Below, one piece after another: positions 63,624-64,000 of a DNA stretch of 64,000 bases (the stretch's first letter is position 1; the number at the start of each line of letters is the position of its first letter). The notes beneath the pieces were generated by a model. The model searched no databases and was not told the origin of the DNA. It saw only the letters and a program-made list of their open reading frames with translations. The position numbers and the translations under genes are program-made. The stretch covers positions 71,381 through 135,380 of the forward strand of contig WLWZ01000002.1 of NCBI GenBank assembly GCA_012103315.1, given 5' to 3'. The DNA is from Alphaproteobacteria bacterium. GTDB lineage: Bacteria; Pseudomonadota; Alphaproteobacteria; MPNO01; UBA2964.

Positions 63624-64000
63624 CTACACCACCTGCCCGCAAACGTGACCCGATGCCCAGGCCCATTGGAAGTTAAACCCGCCGAGATGGCCGGTAACAT
63701 CAACACACTCGCCGATGAAATAAAGACCGGGAACGGATCGCGCTTCCATTGTCTGGGATGACAGCTCATTGGTATCCACCCCACCGACGGTCACTTCCGC
63801 CGTACGCAGGCCCTGAGAACCATCGGGGGTGACCTGCCAGCGATTAATGTGATCGGCCAGCCGTTGCAGCGTTTTGTCAGGCATGTCCGCCAACCGCCCA
63901 TTACTGTCGGACCAGTTTGTCATGCGCTGGGCGAGCCGGGCGGGTAACAAGGTGCCCAGGATAGAGACGACATCCTTTTTCGGCTGACCTTGCTTAGCGT
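63624..64000 (-). CDS. Partial CDS: C-terminal part of a YhiN/BaiN (HI0933-like) FAD-dependent oxidoreductase
   Basis: The frame stays open to the right edge. C-terminal VTVGGVDTNELSS.TMEAR.VPGLYFIGECVDVTGHLGGFNFQWAWASG is typical of this family. Confidence 0.8.
   Translation of the reverse strand, partial: AKQGQPKKDVVSILGTLLPARLAQRMTNWSDSNGRLADMPDKTLQRLADHINRWQVTPDGSQGLRTAEVTVGGVDTNELSSQTMEARSVPGLYFIGECVDVTGHLGGFNFQWAWASGHVCGQVV

Noticed and set aside
1-64000. CRISPR arrays, rRNA genes, prophage or transposon genes, toxin-antitoxin pairs, restriction-modification or other known defence systems
   Set aside because: I scanned the ORF translations and intergenic regions and found no regularly spaced repeats. 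I also saw no integrase, transposase, recombinase, phage structural, nuclease/methylase or typical small TA-pair signatures.

Overview
This 64-kb window looks like chromosomal DNA from an alphaproteobacterium, possibly marine or halotolerant. No integrase, transposase, CRISPR array, rRNA or recognisable transcription factor is present.

Core content:
- acnA lies divergent from a complete, contiguous System I cytochrome c maturation operon (ccmABCDEFGHI). A translationally coupled Sel1-repeat gene follows it.
- Housekeeping genes include folD, a YggT-family gene and tRNA-Ala(CGC).
- A large share of the window is aromatic or organic-acid catabolism and uptake. This covers two LigAB-type class III extradiol dioxygenase pairs, a type I extradiol dioxygenase and a gentisate-dioxygenase-like bicupin. 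It also covers three Amidohydrolase_2 genes, three small VOC genes, a fumarylacetoacetate hydrolase (FAH) family gene, tctABC plus an extra Bug-family binding protein, an orphan TRAP binding protein and two EamA exporters.
- A glycine-to-betaine methylation module (glycine/sarcosine N-methyltransferase, then sarcosine/dimethylglycine N-methyltransferase) sits next to a BCCT transporter.

Several visibly AT-rich islets interrupt the GC-rich core. Hand counts on single 60-nt lines gave 33-48% GC in the islets against 63% in ccmF and in the Hint 3' part.

Most interesting regions:
1. 33.4-40.1 kb: a carboxynorspermidine-decarboxylase-like gene is coupled to an uncharacterised 'PTGVGAEVGGHAGDA' protein. 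It is transcribed divergently from an AT-rich set encoding a membrane transglutaminase-like protein, a deacetylase-fold protein, an ATP-grasp ligase and a low-molecular-weight tyrosine phosphatase (LMW-PTP).
2. 55.3-57.2 kb: a lipoprotein gene precedes a Hint (bacterial intein-like) domain protein whose base composition switches at the Hint catalytic Cys.
3. 21-27 kb: a GDP-(6-deoxy)heptose-like sugar-nucleotide set sits next to a TPR/SPINDLY-type O-glycosyltransferase.
4. 8772-8872: a candidate ~100-nt sRNA with C-rich loops and its own intrinsic terminator lies in the acnA-ccmA spacer.
5. 62.4-63.4 kb: an AT-rich secreted protein carries a ~70-residue Gly/Ala-rich hydrophobic core.

Two genes are disrupted. 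The FAH-family gene has an in-frame TGA at the conserved Trp position. The sarcosine/dimethylglycine methyltransferase has a 1-nt frame change. A bipartite palindromic REP-like element occurs three times.

All functional calls come from reading the translated ORFs and recalling family motifs. No database search was run.
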